64,000 bases of DNA from Candidatus Poribacteria bacterium (GCA_963665235.2 CAXXLX010000001.1:1632001-1696000), one strand, 5' to 3'; shown: positions 29,224 through 40,539, numbered from the stretch's first letter. Made by a program: numbers and translations. The notes: generated by a model from the letters alone, not told the origin.

Positions 29224-30630
29224 ATGATTTGGCATATTGCGAAACGTGAACTCTATGATAATCTGAATAGCCTCAGGTTTGCGCTTGCAACAGTGTTGCT
29301 TCTCGGTTTGATGCTAACCAACGCAGTTGTACATCTCCGGGAACATCCCGCACGGATGCAAAAATATCACGATGCTGTCACAGAATCGTCGAACCGCTTA
29401 AAATCTCGGAGAGATTTATATGAGATTGCACAATGGGGTCCCGGAAATCTTTACAAAAAACCGTCTCCACTCCATTTCTGTGCAGAGGGGGGCGATATTT
29501 TTTTGTCAGATAGAGTCAATGGCGGATTTGTCTTTTGGACCACCAATGACTTAAGAGGTTTCTGGCAACTGTTATATATCCCCGCGACGCTCAATTCAAA
29601 AAATATTCGTCCGGACACTATCAAAGTGGATTGGATATTTGTAATCGGGTACGTCCTGAGTCTCATCGCTATCCTATTCACCTTTGATTCCATTTCCGGC
29701 GAGCGAAGGCAGGGAACATTACGTTTGACGTTGGCAAACCCAATTCCGCGCCATACCGTCCTAATTGGCAAATTTTTAGGAGCATTGATAAGTATTGTTG
29801 TTCCGTTTACGCTTGCTGTATTAATAAATTTGTTGATAGTCTCCACATCTGGCAATGTCCAACTCAGCACCGACGCGTGGGGCCGCTTAGGCATCATTTT
29901 CCTTATTGCCCTCCTGTACCTGTGTCTATTTCTTGCGTTGGGGTTGTTAGTGTCGTCACGTGTACAGCAGAACGCGGCGAGCCTTGTGATACTCCTGTTG
30001 ATATGGGTTACCTTTGTAGTTTTTATGCCGAGCACACTCGCCTCTATTGCAAGCGGATTTTCAAATCCGATGACTTATGATGAGTTTTTTGAACGCCGAA
30101 AACAACTTCATAATCAACTCAAGAACGAATACGAGACTCGCTTGCAAAACGCCCATGAGTTTTCAGTGAAAAAAACAGAGTTAGGCGGTGAGTATGTCAC
30201 CAATGAAGCCGCACAGCGGGAACGTTTGAGCCAAGAACACTTAACCCAACAGCATGCCCAAATTCAATTGGCACGTTCTGTTACTCGCATCTCCCCGGTT
30301 GTGCTTGTCCAGCATCTTCTTGAGGTTTTTGCCGGAACAGGATTTGAACGCCACCAACAATTTGTGGAGAACGTGCAACGTTATGCCCGCGAATACCGTG
30401 AATTCGTCACGGATATGGATAGGGCCGATCCGGAGAGTCTCCATATTATTGGGGTGCGCGAAGGTATGTCGAAAAAACCGATCAGTCCGGAATCAATTCC
30501 GCTCTTTGAAGACACACTCAGTCTTAGTCGTGATTTCAACGCTGCAGCGATGGATTTGCTGTTGCTAACCTTATTTTTTATCGTTCTTTTCTCCGGAGCC
30601 TTCCTTACCTTTGTCCGGGTTGAAATTTAG
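29224..30630 (+). CDS. ABC-2 type transporter permease (paralog)
   Basis: FDSISGERRQGTLRLTLANP motif. Confidence 0.88.
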   Translation: MIWHIAKRELYDNLNSLRFALATVLLLGLMLTNAVVHLREHPARMQKYHDAVTESSNRLKSRRDLYEIAQWGPGNLYKKPSPLHFCAEGGDIFLSDRVNGGFVFWTTNDLRGFWQLLYIPATLNSKNIRPDTIKVDWIFVIGYVLSLIAILFTFDSISGERRQGTLRLTLANPIPRHTVLIGKFLGALISIVVPFTLAVLINLLIVSTSGNVQLSTDAWGRLGIIFLIALLYLCLFLALGLLVSSRVQQNAASLVILLLIWVTFVVFMPSTLASIASGFSNPMTYDEFFERRKQLHNQLKNEYETRLQNAHEFSVKKTELGGEYVTNEAAQRERLSQEHLTQQHAQIQLARSVTRISPVVLVQHLLEVFAGTGFERHQQFVENVQRYAREYREFVTDMDRADPESLHIIGVREGMSKKPISPESIPLFEDTLSLSRDFNAAAMDLLLLTLFFIVLFSGAFLTFVRVEI

Positions 30631-30835
30631 AAGGTATTAAGCAACATTAAATATTTGACCGTTCCCCTCCCGCCATCAATTTTTTTCATTTTTTTTCACT
30701 AAATGCACGTTTTTTAATCAAATTTTCGTCTTTAATAATTATAGGAAGGTGCGCGCGTCCCGTACCGCTTAATTTAATGGTTAAACCTTTTAGCAAATGC
30801 AACATGTTCCAATCTGTTCATTAGGGGGAAGTTTC

Positions 30836-32542
30836 ATGGAAAAAGAAGACGATGCTCAACTAATCCGCAAAATTTTGTCGGGCGACGACGCTGCGTTTGG
30901 TACCCTGGTCGAAAAATACCAAGAGAGCATCCATGCCCTTGCGTGGCGGAAGATTAAAGATTTTCACTATGCTGAAGAAATTATGCAAGACACCTTCCTT
31001 AAAGCATACAAAAAACTTCCGACACTCAAGAATCACAATCAATTCGCAGGGTGGCTCCATGTCATCGCAAACCGCCTTTGCTTCGATTGGATACGAAAAC
31101 AGAAGCCTCCAATGCAATCCCTGGAGAACACACCGCCCGAAGAAATCGCCGAATACTCTTTTACACACTACATGTTGGAACGGCAGGCGACAGAAAGAAA
31201 CGAGTATTGTCAGGAGCTTGTGCAAAAACTTTTGGAAAAACTGCCAGAAAATGAACGCACCACTATAACGCTCTACTATCTTGACGAAATGTCAACGAAA
31301 GAAATCGGCGAATTCATGGGCGTGTCCGTCAACACTGTCACGAGCCGACTTCAACGCGCACGAAAACGGCTACAAACCGATCCGGAACTCTTAAATCAAG
31401 ATGTCTTCGATCACTTAGCACTAACTGATAACCTGAAGGAGAATATTATGAGTCAATTAGAACAACTTCGCAACAAGTTCGATGCATTCATGGAACAGGT
31501 AAAATCCGAGCCTGCATCAAGAGATGATATTCTTAAGGCGGCATCCATCGAGATTGAAGATGCGCTTAAGAATGAAATCACACCTGAGTTGGCACATCTC
31601 GTGGTCGATAATATATATCCACGGATGGGCAAACTCGGCATGGAAAAACGGGTGTTTCTACTCCGTAAGTACATGGATGACGCACCAGATGATAAGGAAC
31701 GTTTCTGGGCACATGAAGGGTTAGTCAATAGCCTCGCTTGTCTCGGGAAAAACCGAGAAGCTGTTGAGGAACATTCTCGACTCTACCGTTGGGCATGCGA
31801 CCACAACTTGCCCGATAAAGATGTGCTGCAGATTATTTCCAATCTAAACAGTGCCGGATGTTGGGCGGCGGAAAATCGTATTGATGACTGGATTCAACTT
31901 TATAAGGAGGCATCTCAACGCCTAGAAAACCCTGAAGTCAGCTACTACAGCCGCTGCGATTTCCTACAAATTGCGGCAGAAGTCTTACGGGCCAACGGCA
32001 GGTCCGATGAGGCACTTCTTGGGATAGAAAAATTGGAACGGACGAACACCAAACAGGATTGGAAACATTTTTTTCGATTCTGGTTGGCTGTCCGAACGAA
32101 TCGACTGCTGCTGTACGCCAGAAAGAAAGAGTGGGAACGTTTCGATGAAATCCTTACGGAAGTGAGTGCTTACATGGAAGTGGAGTTGAAAAAATGGGAT
32201 GCAGGTCAACCCGTAAATCTTAGCGACCTTGTCTGGTTCACTCACGATATTGGGTGTTGTCTGGTCTGGACGAGGAGGTATAGCGAGGCGGTCCGTTTCC
32301 TACAGGTCGCCAGTGATTTGGGAAACAAAAATCATTATGGGCATTTCATGCTTGCCGTGAGCATCTGGGCATCGGAGAAAGAGCGGGAGAAGACTTTACA
32401 TCATCTAAAGATAGCTCAGGATTACTATGCGGTAGATTACTATAATTTTCGGGATAGCTACTACCCATCTTTCCGTGGAACCCCTGAATTTTCGGATGTC
32501 AAAGATGATCCGGAATTTCTGAAAGTTCTGGGACAGAAGTAA
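30836..32542 (+). CDS. ECF sigma-70 factor with long C-terminal TPR-like extension
   Basis: Region 2 (AEEIMQDTFLKAY, WLHVIANR), region 4 (STKEIGEFMGVSVNTVTSRLQRAR), then about 365 helical residues. Confidence 0.88.
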   Translation: MEKEDDAQLIRKILSGDDAAFGTLVEKYQESIHALAWRKIKDFHYAEEIMQDTFLKAYKKLPTLKNHNQFAGWLHVIANRLCFDWIRKQKPPMQSLENTPPEEIAEYSFTHYMLERQATERNEYCQELVQKLLEKLPENERTTITLYYLDEMSTKEIGEFMGVSVNTVTSRLQRARKRLQTDPELLNQDVFDHLALTDNLKENIMSQLEQLRNKFDAFMEQVKSEPASRDDILKAASIEIEDALKNEITPELAHLVVDNIYPRMGKLGMEKRVFLLRKYMDDAPDDKERFWAHEGLVNSLACLGKNREAVEEHSRLYRWACDHNLPDKDVLQIISNLNSAGCWAAENRIDDWIQLYKEASQRLENPEVSYYSRCDFLQIAAEVLRANGRSDEALLGIEKLERTNTKQDWKHFFRFWLAVRTNRLLLYARKKEWERFDEILTEVSAYMEVELKKWDAGQPVNLSDLVWFTHDIGCCLVWTRRYSEAVRFLQVASDLGNKNHYGHFMLAVSIWASEKEREKTLHHLKIAQDYYAVDYYNFRDSYYPSFRGTPEFSDVKDDPEFLKVLGQK

Positions 32543-32610
32543 GTCGATTGAATTATTAGACATTATGCCGGTTTAATTGTAGTCCTCTGTTTCGTTAGCA
32601 GGGACGGTGC

Positions 32611-32757
32611 GTAGGGGCGGGGTTTCCCCGCCCGATTTGAAATCGTGTTTATAGGGCGAGGGGACCTCGCCCCTACAAGGTTCACAGGCGCATTCTGATT
32701 AAATCATTATAACGTCTATTATTTCTGTGGTAGGTTCGGTTTCCTAACCGCACCTAC
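32611..32757. repeat. GTAG-type REP cluster / REPIN-like pair
   Basis: GTAGGGGCGGGGTTTCCCCGCCC...GGGCGAGGGGACCTCGCCCCTAC, then GTAGGTTCGGTTTCCTAACCGCACCTAC. Confidence 0.75.
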
Positions 32758-32797
32758 CAATCCTAAGATATTAAGCACTAATCACGGAGGATGTTAA

Positions 32798-34812
32798 TTG
32801 ATGAACCCACAGAAAACTTCTGCGGTAGTGTTCAGCATCACACTATCGCTTATTTTAATCGTAAACGGACAGAACGTCGCGGCACAAAACACACAAACCG
32901 TTAAGAAAGAACTCCCCGCAGTCAAAACGGAACAGCCACCAACTATTGATGGTGTTCTCGACGATGCTTGTTGGCAAGACGCACCAAAAGCCGTTGGTTT
33001 CACCGACCAACGCACCGAAAGACCTGCCAAAAATCAATCCATCGGTAGACTAATTTACACAGATAAAGCCATCTATACGTCGGCCTTCACCTCTACGATG
33101 ATATGCCCGACAAAATTGTGGCGCGTCAAATCAAAGATCAGACGCGAATCAGCGGGGAAGACTGGGTGTCGTTCAGTCTCGACCCATTCCACACACACCA
33201 GTTTTCCGACAGGAATTTTTTCATCGTAAATCCACTCGGCACGAAATACGCGCATCTCGCCACCGGCCGGGCAGAAAAGAGCGAATGGATTGGGCTCTGG
33301 AAAGCTGCAGCACAGATTGTCCAAGATGGATGGGTTGTAGAGATGGAAATCCCATGGCAGATGCTGGATTACCCCGACACAAAAAAACCTATTCGGATGG
33401 GCATCAACTTTGACAGGTTGCAACAACGGACCAGCGAACGTTCATGGTGGTGCAATTTAGGGGTTCAGGAATTTCGAGAAAACGATGGACATTGGATTGA
33501 CGTATTACCCCCGCCGCGAAAACGTGAGCTAAAGGTGTTACCCTACCTAATTGGCGGTATCAGCGAATCAGAAACTTCTGTAGGAGCGACCTCCCGGTCG
33601 CGAAGAGAATATACCGCTCGCGCAGGAGCGGACCTACGTTATGAGATTACGCCACAACTCCGCCTCATCGGAACAGCTAACCCCGATTTTGATAACATTG
33701 AACAAGCTGTCGAAGGCATCGACTTTTCTTACGGCGAACGTTACGTTGGGGACCGGCGTCCGTTCTTTTCCGAAGGTGGAAATGTGTATCATCTCGGCAA
33801 TCTTTTCTATTCACGTCGGATAATGGATATGGATGGCGGGCTTAAGCTGTTTGGGAAATTAGGAAAAAACACCTCCGTTGGCACGTTAGGTACCTATCAT
33901 CGCAACAATCAGAACTTCATTTTACGTGCAAAACAATCCTTAACAGCAACTTCCCACATCATCGCCGGGTTTCTAACGCACCATCGTCCTGACATGGCTA
34001 CAAATAGTGTAGGTCACCTTTCAGGGAGTGTTAGACACGGTAAGTTTTCGGCGGAATCAAGCTTCACACAAAGTTGGGAAGGGGGGGCAGATGGAAGAAC
34101 AGGAGATGTCAATTTAAGATACAACGGTTCGCTTTTTCAATCAGTGTTATTTGGATATTTTGTAGCTCCAGATTTCGTCAATAACCTCGGCTATCGACCG
34201 TTCACCGGCCTCCGTGGCGGCGGTTTAGAAGGAATCATCTCAAACGAATGGCGGCACGGATTAATCCGTAGTATTTTCGTTGGGGGGAATGTTATAGCTG
34301 CTAACAATTACGAGGGTGAGGTATTTCAGCGAGATTTCTCAGTCTTCTCAAATTTCTCGACACATAGTGATTACGGACTTTCTATTAATTGGTATGGCGG
34401 ACGATTTCAAGAATACACTGATAGTGTTTTTAGCATTGGATTAAGAGCACGTACCTCAGATCAGTTCAACAATGTCAGTGTTAGCTATAATTGGGGTGAA
34501 CAGGCAGATAAACGACTTCATCGCGTCAGTGGAAACCTGAATCTCCGTGTCTACGGTTTCACAGCAGGACTTTCCTCAAGTATCCAATGGCATTTTGAAA
34601 GACGCTACCAACAAATCCTAACCCTCGCGTATGATTTCAGCCCCGCCCTAAGCCTCGGCAGCCGATTAATCTGGCAAGTGGAGGGGATCAATATTTACTT
34701 TGCATTGCGCCGCTCTGGATATGCTGGCACCGATTTCTTCATTATCCTCGGTGACCCAAACGCATTGGAATTCAAACAACGCTTGATCGCAAAAGTGATT
34801 CGGGCATTTTAG
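32798..34812 (+). pseudogene. CBM9-like/DUF5916 outer-membrane protein, frameshifted near 33074-33078
   Basis: PTIDGVLDDACW in ORF1 and NPDFDNIE..DRRPFFSEG in ORF2. Removing 2 nt (ATC TATAC GTC to ATC TAC GTC) joins the frames. Confidence 0.75.
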
Positions 34813-35012
34813 TGAGGTGGTGTCCATCTTTCCTCCGCGTTTTCCGTGTTCTCTGTGTTTTCCGCGATTCTGACAACACACACGCGAAATCCATCCTTCC
34901 ACTCTTCCAATCTTCCATTCTTCATATTTTCCCGCTTTACATTTCTTCGCGAATCTGTTATCATAGAGAAAATATTATCTTGAGCGACAGACCGCTTTTT
35001 AGGAGCAAACCC

Positions 35013-36140
35013 TTGGCAGACTACGCAAAAGCCGCTGTGTATCCCTCAGAACTGCGCGAATTTGAGGATGACAAAACAGGCACCCATATTTATCAACTTA
35101 CAAACGATACCTCTATTAACCATAATCTCTATTTCTTGACACCCTCGTTCACGCCGGACCAGAAGCATCTGCTTTTTACCTCGTACCGTTCTGGAAAACC
35201 CAATTTTTTCAAATTGGAATTTCCTGATGGGAATATTGTACAGTTGACAGATGCCGACGAAGTACACGGCTACTCCGGGGTAATTTCCAAAGATGGCAAT
35301 GAGCTTTTTTATACGGAAGCAGCCGCTATCAAGGCGATTCATCTTGACACCTTTGCGGAACGCGTGCTTCAAGAATTCCCCGGGGGCAGTCTCGGCGAAT
35401 GTAGCGTAAGCGCGGATGAACAGTTTATCGTAACAGCCATGAAACGCGATGGCAAATCGCACATCACCGTCACCGCCACGGATGGCAGCGGCGGCGAGGT
35501 TATCTATACTTCGCCAGAACAGACCATTATCCACCCGCAGTTCCACCCGAAACATCCCGAACTCATCGCTTATTCCGGTGACCCCGCCCCACGAATGTGG
35601 ACTATCAAACGGGATGGCACCGAAAACCGATTGCTGTATCAACATGAAAACAGCGAGTTTCTCGTCCACGAAACGTTCCTCGGCGCGCAGGACGAACTGA
35701 TTGTAACGCACTGGCCATACTCCCTGCGGCGGATATCCTTACAAACACTACAGATGCAGACAATTGCAGATTTCAATGCATGGCATATTGCAAGCAATCA
35801 AGCGGGAACAAAGGTGTTGTGCGACACGGTACACCCCGATATCGGTCTGCGATTGGTCGATGTGGAAACAGGTGAACACGCGCCTATCTGTTATCCGCAG
35901 AGTTCATGTAGCGGAAGCCAATGGAAAAAGGACCGGTACGCGCTCGCTGCGGATTGGGCAGCAGCACAGCAGGAAGGCGATAGAGAACGCGCTTTGAGTT
36001 GGATGGAGATGAAGGTGGACACGGTATATGGTCCGCAATGGACACATCCGCACCCCTCGTTTAGTCCTGATGAAACATCGGTCGTATATACATCAGATGT
36101 ATCTGGACATTCGCAGGTTTACGTCGCTATGATTCCGTGA
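35013..36140 (+). CDS. Oligogalacturonate lyase-like beta-propeller
   Basis: HNLYFLTPSFTPD, terminal THPHPSFSPD..YTSD; AGGAG RBS before TTG 35013. Confidence 0.8.
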   Translation: MADYAKAAVYPSELREFEDDKTGTHIYQLTNDTSINHNLYFLTPSFTPDQKHLLFTSYRSGKPNFFKLEFPDGNIVQLTDADEVHGYSGVISKDGNELFYTEAAAIKAIHLDTFAERVLQEFPGGSLGECSVSADEQFIVTAMKRDGKSHITVTATDGSGGEVIYTSPEQTIIHPQFHPKHPELIAYSGDPAPRMWTIKRDGTENRLLYQHENSEFLVHETFLGAQDELIVTHWPYSLRRISLQTLQMQTIADFNAWHIASNQAGTKVLCDTVHPDIGLRLVDVETGEHAPICYPQSSCSGSQWKKDRYALAADWAAAQQEGDRERALSWMEMKVDTVYGPQWTHPHPSFSPDETSVVYTSDVSGHSQVYVAMIP

Positions 36141-36160
36141 GGGGGTACGGATAAAAGCGG

Positions 36161-36799
36161 TCAGGGCAGTTGAGGCACAATATCCTTAAGCGTGCCTTCT
36201 GCTTGCGCGAAATCTTTGATTTTCGGCTCAAGGGCTACTGCTTGTCTGAGGGAATCCAAAGCCTTTTGCGGTTTATCCTCTAATGCATAAGCACATGCTA
36301 AGTTGTAGTGGAGCAGGGCAGTGTTCGGAAAGGTTTGAAGTGCCTCCAGGCATACCTTGCGAGCAGCAGCAGGAAGATTCTGCTGGAGATAGGCTGTCAT
36401 CAGATTGATGTGGCCCTCCACAACATCCGGTGCCATCTCAATTGCCACCTTTAGATTTTCCACTGCCTCCGCGTATTGTTTCGTATACAAATAGGCGCGT
36501 CCGAGGTTGTTATATGCAGAGGGGGAGTTTCTGAAAAAAAGCGTGCGTTTTTTGTTCCGAATCGCTTTTTTGTAGGCTGCAATCGCTTTTTCCGGTTCAC
36601 CGTTACGCATGTGGAAACCAGCTTCGCGATAGTTATCATTGAACTGCGTTTGATGGTGCCAGACCCACAGAAATAGAACGGTCACCGCAAGGCAAAACGT
36701 CATACACCCGATTCTGAAAACTTTGTTCGTGAACGTTTGTTCCGCCTCAGAGTCCTCTATAGGTTGGTGTTCTTGAGGTTGAGTTTCGTTAGAATTCAT
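36161..36799 (-). CDS. Membrane-anchored TPR protein
   Basis: One TM segment, AYNNLGRAY, HYNLACAYAL. Confidence 0.85.
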   Translation of the reverse strand: MNSNETQPQEHQPIEDSEAEQTFTNKVFRIGCMTFCLAVTVLFLWVWHHQTQFNDNYREAGFHMRNGEPEKAIAAYKKAIRNKKRTLFFRNSPSAYNNLGRAYLYTKQYAEAVENLKVAIEMAPDVVEGHINLMTAYLQQNLPAAARKVCLEALQTFPNTALLHYNLACAYALEDKPQKALDSLRQAVALEPKIKDFAQAEGTLKDIVPQLP

Positions 36800-36863
36800 A
36801 ATTTATTTTCATGACAGTAGGCATTCTCCGAATGCCGGACGCAACAGAAGGGAGACATATCAA

Positions 36864-37919
36864 ATGAAAACTTACGGTTTTGGTATCATAGGGTGCGGAA
36901 TGGTTTCCGATTTTCATTCCGCAGCAATTTCTGAATTAGAACACGGTCAGTTAGTTGCTGTGAGCTCACGAAATCCTGACAATGCAAAACGGCTCACAGA
37001 TAAATATAACGTTGAAGGCTATAGCGATTATACCGAAATGCTCAAACGGGATGACCTCGATATTGTATGTGTTTGTACACCCAGTGGCGCACATCTTGAG
37101 CCGGCTGTTGCTGCAGCCGAAGCGGGTAAACACGTTATTGTCGAAAAACCGCTGGAAATCACATTGCAACGGTGCGATGAAATTATTGATGCCTGCGATA
37201 GTGCCGGGGTTCGGTTATGTGCCATCTTCAATTCTCGCTTTACTGAAGGTGCACAACTTGTTAAATCGACGATTGAGAGCGGGCGATTCGGCAAGTTGAC
37301 ATTGGGCGACGCTTACATCAAGTGGTATCGTTCCCAAGAATACTACGACAGCGGCGGATGGCGTGGCACGTGGCATCTCGACGGTGGCGGCGCGCTTATG
37401 AATCAATCTATCCATGCCATTGATCTGTTACAGTATTTCATGGGCCCCGTCCAGTCCGTGCAAGCGTTCACCGCCACGTTAGCACACAAGCGGATAGAGG
37501 TTGAAGACGCTGCTGTCGCTGCCCTCCGCTTCGAAAACGGAGCGTTGGGCGTTATTGAAGGCACAACCGCCGCCTACCCCGGTATGCTTAAGAAAACTGA
37601 AATCTGCGGTACAAAAGGCACTGTGATTTTAGAGGAAGAGGACATTGTCAAATGGGAATTTGACCCGGTGCTGCCAGCAGATGCCGAGATTCGGGAAAAA
37701 TTCGCCAAAAAGACCGACACCGGCGGCGGTGCATCCGACCCACGCGCTATCAACCATGCAAATCACCGGCGGCAGATGGAAAATCTGATTGCCGGGCTTG
37801 AAAGCGATGCATCACATCTCGTTGACGGCCGTGAGGGCCGAAAGGCAGTTGAAATTATCCTCGCCATCTACCAGTCCAGCCGTGAGGGCCGCATCGTCGA
37901 ATTGCCACTTCCGATCTAA
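36864..37919 (+). CDS. Gfo/Idh/MocA oxidoreductase
   Basis: IIGCGMVS, VEKPL, GGGALMNQSIHAID. Confidence 0.93.
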   Translation: MKTYGFGIIGCGMVSDFHSAAISELEHGQLVAVSSRNPDNAKRLTDKYNVEGYSDYTEMLKRDDLDIVCVCTPSGAHLEPAVAAAEAGKHVIVEKPLEITLQRCDEIIDACDSAGVRLCAIFNSRFTEGAQLVKSTIESGRFGKLTLGDAYIKWYRSQEYYDSGGWRGTWHLDGGGALMNQSIHAIDLLQYFMGPVQSVQAFTATLAHKRIEVEDAAVAALRFENGALGVIEGTTAAYPGMLKKTEICGTKGTVILEEEDIVKWEFDPVLPADAEIREKFAKKTDTGGGASDPRAINHANHRRQMENLIAGLESDASHLVDGREGRKAVEIILAIYQSSREGRIVELPLPI

Positions 37920-38881
37920 GGATAATCAAACACAATCTTGATTGCTTCGTTTTTGCGGTTCAGTGCCATCTCAAATCCTTTTTGCGCCTCGGTGAACGGT
38001 AGATGATGCGTTATAATCGGTGAAACATCCAGGCGGCCTTGGGCAATCATATCCATCGCTAACGGAAAATCGTTGGGTACGTCCGGCCCGACTGAACCGA
38101 TGAATCGGATGTTCTGGCGGAAGAATTCGCTGAAATTGAAGCTATAGACTTCATCGTCCGGTACACCGAAGGCGAGTAGGGTTCCGCCGCGTTTCAGAAG
38201 GGTGAGGCACTGGTTAATCGTTTCAGTTTGGTGCCCGACCACTTCAACAACGAGGTCCGCCATTCTACCGTCCGTAATTTCCTTAACCACCTCGACGAGG
38301 TCTTCGTGCGTAGGGTTAATCGTGTGTGTAGCATGCATCCGCTTGGATACCTCAAGCCGAAAATCGACCAAATCGGTCGTTATCACTGTTCGTGCGCCAA
38401 GGTTGCTCAACATGTGCGTAAAGAGCAGTCCCATCGGGCCCTGTCCTATAACAACGGTATCCAGATTAAGCAGATTGCCTAATTTTCGGCATGCCCAAAC
38501 GACCGTGCCAAGCGGTTGCGCCATCAAAATACAATCTTTTCGGGCACATTCTGCCAACGGCACGGTTACACTTTCATCCGATAGGAAGTATTCTGAAAGT
38601 CCCCCGATGTGTCGTGGCAATGCGAGCACCTCGTCCCCCTCCTTGAATTTGTCCGATTTGGTCTCGGTTACAACGCCAATTGCTTCGTGAATAGAAAGCC
38701 CGGGACCGAGCGGGTAACGTTCCGCTGGATGTTCAAGCACAAACGACGGCATATCACTGCCACAGACTGCACTGTGAAGGGTTTTTATCATGACAGTGCC
38801 GCTCGGATATGCGGAGAGTTCTGGTTTTTCTATATCAATCATTTCAATTTGACGTGGTGCGACAATTTGGCCTACTTTCAT
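37916..38881 (-). CDS. Zinc-binding (MDR) dehydrogenase
   Basis: CGSD, HEAIG, IGQGPMG, IITHHLP. Confidence 0.88.
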   Translation of the reverse strand: MKVGQIVAPRQIEMIDIEKPELSAYPSGTVMIKTLHSAVCGSDMPSFVLEHPAERYPLGPGLSIHEAIGVVTETKSDKFKEGDEVLALPRHIGGLSEYFLSDESVTVPLAECARKDCILMAQPLGTVVWACRKLGNLLNLDTVVIGQGPMGLLFTHMLSNLGARTVITTDLVDFRLEVSKRMHATHTINPTHEDLVEVVKEITDGRMADLVVEVVGHQTETINQCLTLLKRGGTLLAFGVPDDEVYSFNFSEFFRQNIRFIGSVGPDVPNDFPLAMDMIAQGRLDVSPIITHHLPFTEAQKGFEMALNRKNEAIKIVFDYP

Positions 38882-39870
38882 AAAACCCCCTTATCGGAAG
38901 AGAGGATAGACAACACACGCTCATGCAGTATCCCGTTTGTTGCAACGACTCCGCGATTTTCGTTCATACGTCTCCCGCTAAGAAAGTTAAGCGGTTGTCC
39001 GTTTGCGTCTGTTACGCAGCCACCTGCTTCTTCAACGACAATTAACCCTGCGGCGTGATCCCATATACATTCCCTATAGTCAGGGTATTGTGGGTTTGGC
39101 AGGCGAATATAGAGGGCTGCTTCGCCGCGTGCAACGATGCCGTACTTGGCTTGACTATCTATTCGGATAGGTGGTGCGTTGAGCCCCAGCTGCTTTGCAA
39201 TTTTGATGTGCGTATCGCTATCCCCATGTGTAGATTCAAAGCTTTCTGCTAAGCGCGTCACATTTTTTGAAACGTGCGCGTCTGCTAAGCGATGATTTCC
39301 ATTTATAGCGTAAACTGCTGTGCCTTCCCCGCGGGTGGCAACAAAGAGGCACCCGCGTTCGGTTTTAGGCGTATCCAATCGGTGCGGTAAATTAGGGCAT
39401 CCCAAAACGCCTATTTGAACCTCGCCATTGACAATCCATGCCAGGGCAATTGCGTATTGGTCGTGGCGCAGGAAACCCTTAGTACCATCGATTGGGTCAA
39501 GCGTCCAGAAACCCGATTTTTGAACGTCACCCGCCCCCCGGTCAATCCAGTTGCAGACGTTTTGTTGAAAGTTCTCTGTTTTCGAGGTATCAGTCTGCAC
39601 AAAACGTTTGACGTAGTCGGTGACACGCTCTAAAAGGTGCCTGTTCCGTTTGAGTGATTGTGCGTCTTCCTCAGCGACAATAACATCTTCAGGAAAAGCA
39701 CCACCGATTGCTTTACATATCAGTGCCTGTGCCCCGAAGTCCGCCACGGTAACGGGGCTCCGGTCGGTTTTTTGAATAGCATCGGTTGATACCATTTCAG
39801 TTTGAACCTGTTGGCAGAGTTCACTCGCTTTTCGGACCGCATCAATTGCGACCTGTTTTTTACATGGCAT
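38878..39870 (-). CDS. 3'(2'),5'-bisphosphate nucleotidase, HAL2/SAL1-type
   Basis: SPVTVADFGAQ, WTLDPIDGTKGFLR, DSQAKY, IWDHAAG. Confidence 0.9.
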   Translation of the reverse strand: MPCKKQVAIDAVRKASELCQQVQTEMVSTDAIQKTDRSPVTVADFGAQALICKAIGGAFPEDVIVAEEDAQSLKRNRHLLERVTDYVKRFVQTDTSKTENFQQNVCNWIDRGAGDVQKSGFWTLDPIDGTKGFLRHDQYAIALAWIVNGEVQIGVLGCPNLPHRLDTPKTERGCLFVATRGEGTAVYAINGNHRLADAHVSKNVTRLAESFESTHGDSDTHIKIAKQLGLNAPPIRIDSQAKYGIVARGEAALYIRLPNPQYPDYRECIWDHAAGLIVVEEAGGCVTDANGQPLNFLSGRRMNENRGVVATNGILHERVLSILSSDKGVL

Positions 39871-39912
39871 TTCTTCTGTCCTACAGCACACGATAGTGTC
39901 TGCTGCCTCCTT

Positions 39913-40539
39913 TCAAAACAGTGTTAATTTCGGCAGTTCGTCCGTTTCTTGTAGTTTTTGTTTGACTTCGGCGATGTCGTTAATGACCGTGTTCCGCATT
40001 AATCTAAAATTGTTCCCCTCTTGCCGTAATACATACGCCGGATTAAAGGTTGCCATAGCAAAAGGTGCATAATGCGTATCCGTAAACCAATGTCCGCGTT
40101 GCTCTGTGATGCGGAAGCTGCGATGGATGAGCGTTTTTGCTGCGGGCGCGCCCATACATAAAATTACGGAAGGCTTAATTAGGGTAAGTTCACCATCAAG
40201 CCATTTGGCACACGCTCTAATTTCCGCTGATTTCGGGGGTCGGTTTTTCAACACGCCATTTTTAAAGTCAGCGGCACGGCATTTGATAATGTTCGTTAGC
40301 CAAATGTCACTTCGCATCAAGCCGTTTGCAATCAGCACTTCATCTAGGAGCTCTCCAGCGGGGCCTGAAAATGGAAACGTGGTTTGATTGTCAGCGGCAG
40401 ACGGGCCTTCGGCCACAATAGTTAATTTTGCGGCGGTATCGCCAGCGCCAAAAACCACGTTAGCACGGGTTTCCGCCAGGGCACAATCCGTACAAACGTT
40501 TGCGCGGGTTTTGAGGGTTTGCATCTGTGTGTGTGTCAT
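39913..40539 (-). CDS. Uracil-DNA glycosylase family 4-like
   Basis: CTDCAL, VVFGAG, AEGP, TNIIKCR, TFNPAYVLR. Confidence 0.88.
   Translation of the reverse strand: MTHTQMQTLKTRANVCTDCALAETRANVVFGAGDTAAKLTIVAEGPSAADNQTTFPFSGPAGELLDEVLIANGLMRSDIWLTNIIKCRAADFKNGVLKNRPPKSAEIRACAKWLDGELTLIKPSVILCMGAPAAKTLIHRSFRITEQRGHWFTDTHYAPFAMATFNPAYVLRQEGNNFRLMRNTVINDIAEVKQKLQETDELPKLTLF

Noticed and set aside
34812-35012. N-terminal extension of the lyase-like ORF
   Set aside because: Runs through an intergenic repeat; the RBS supports TTG 35013
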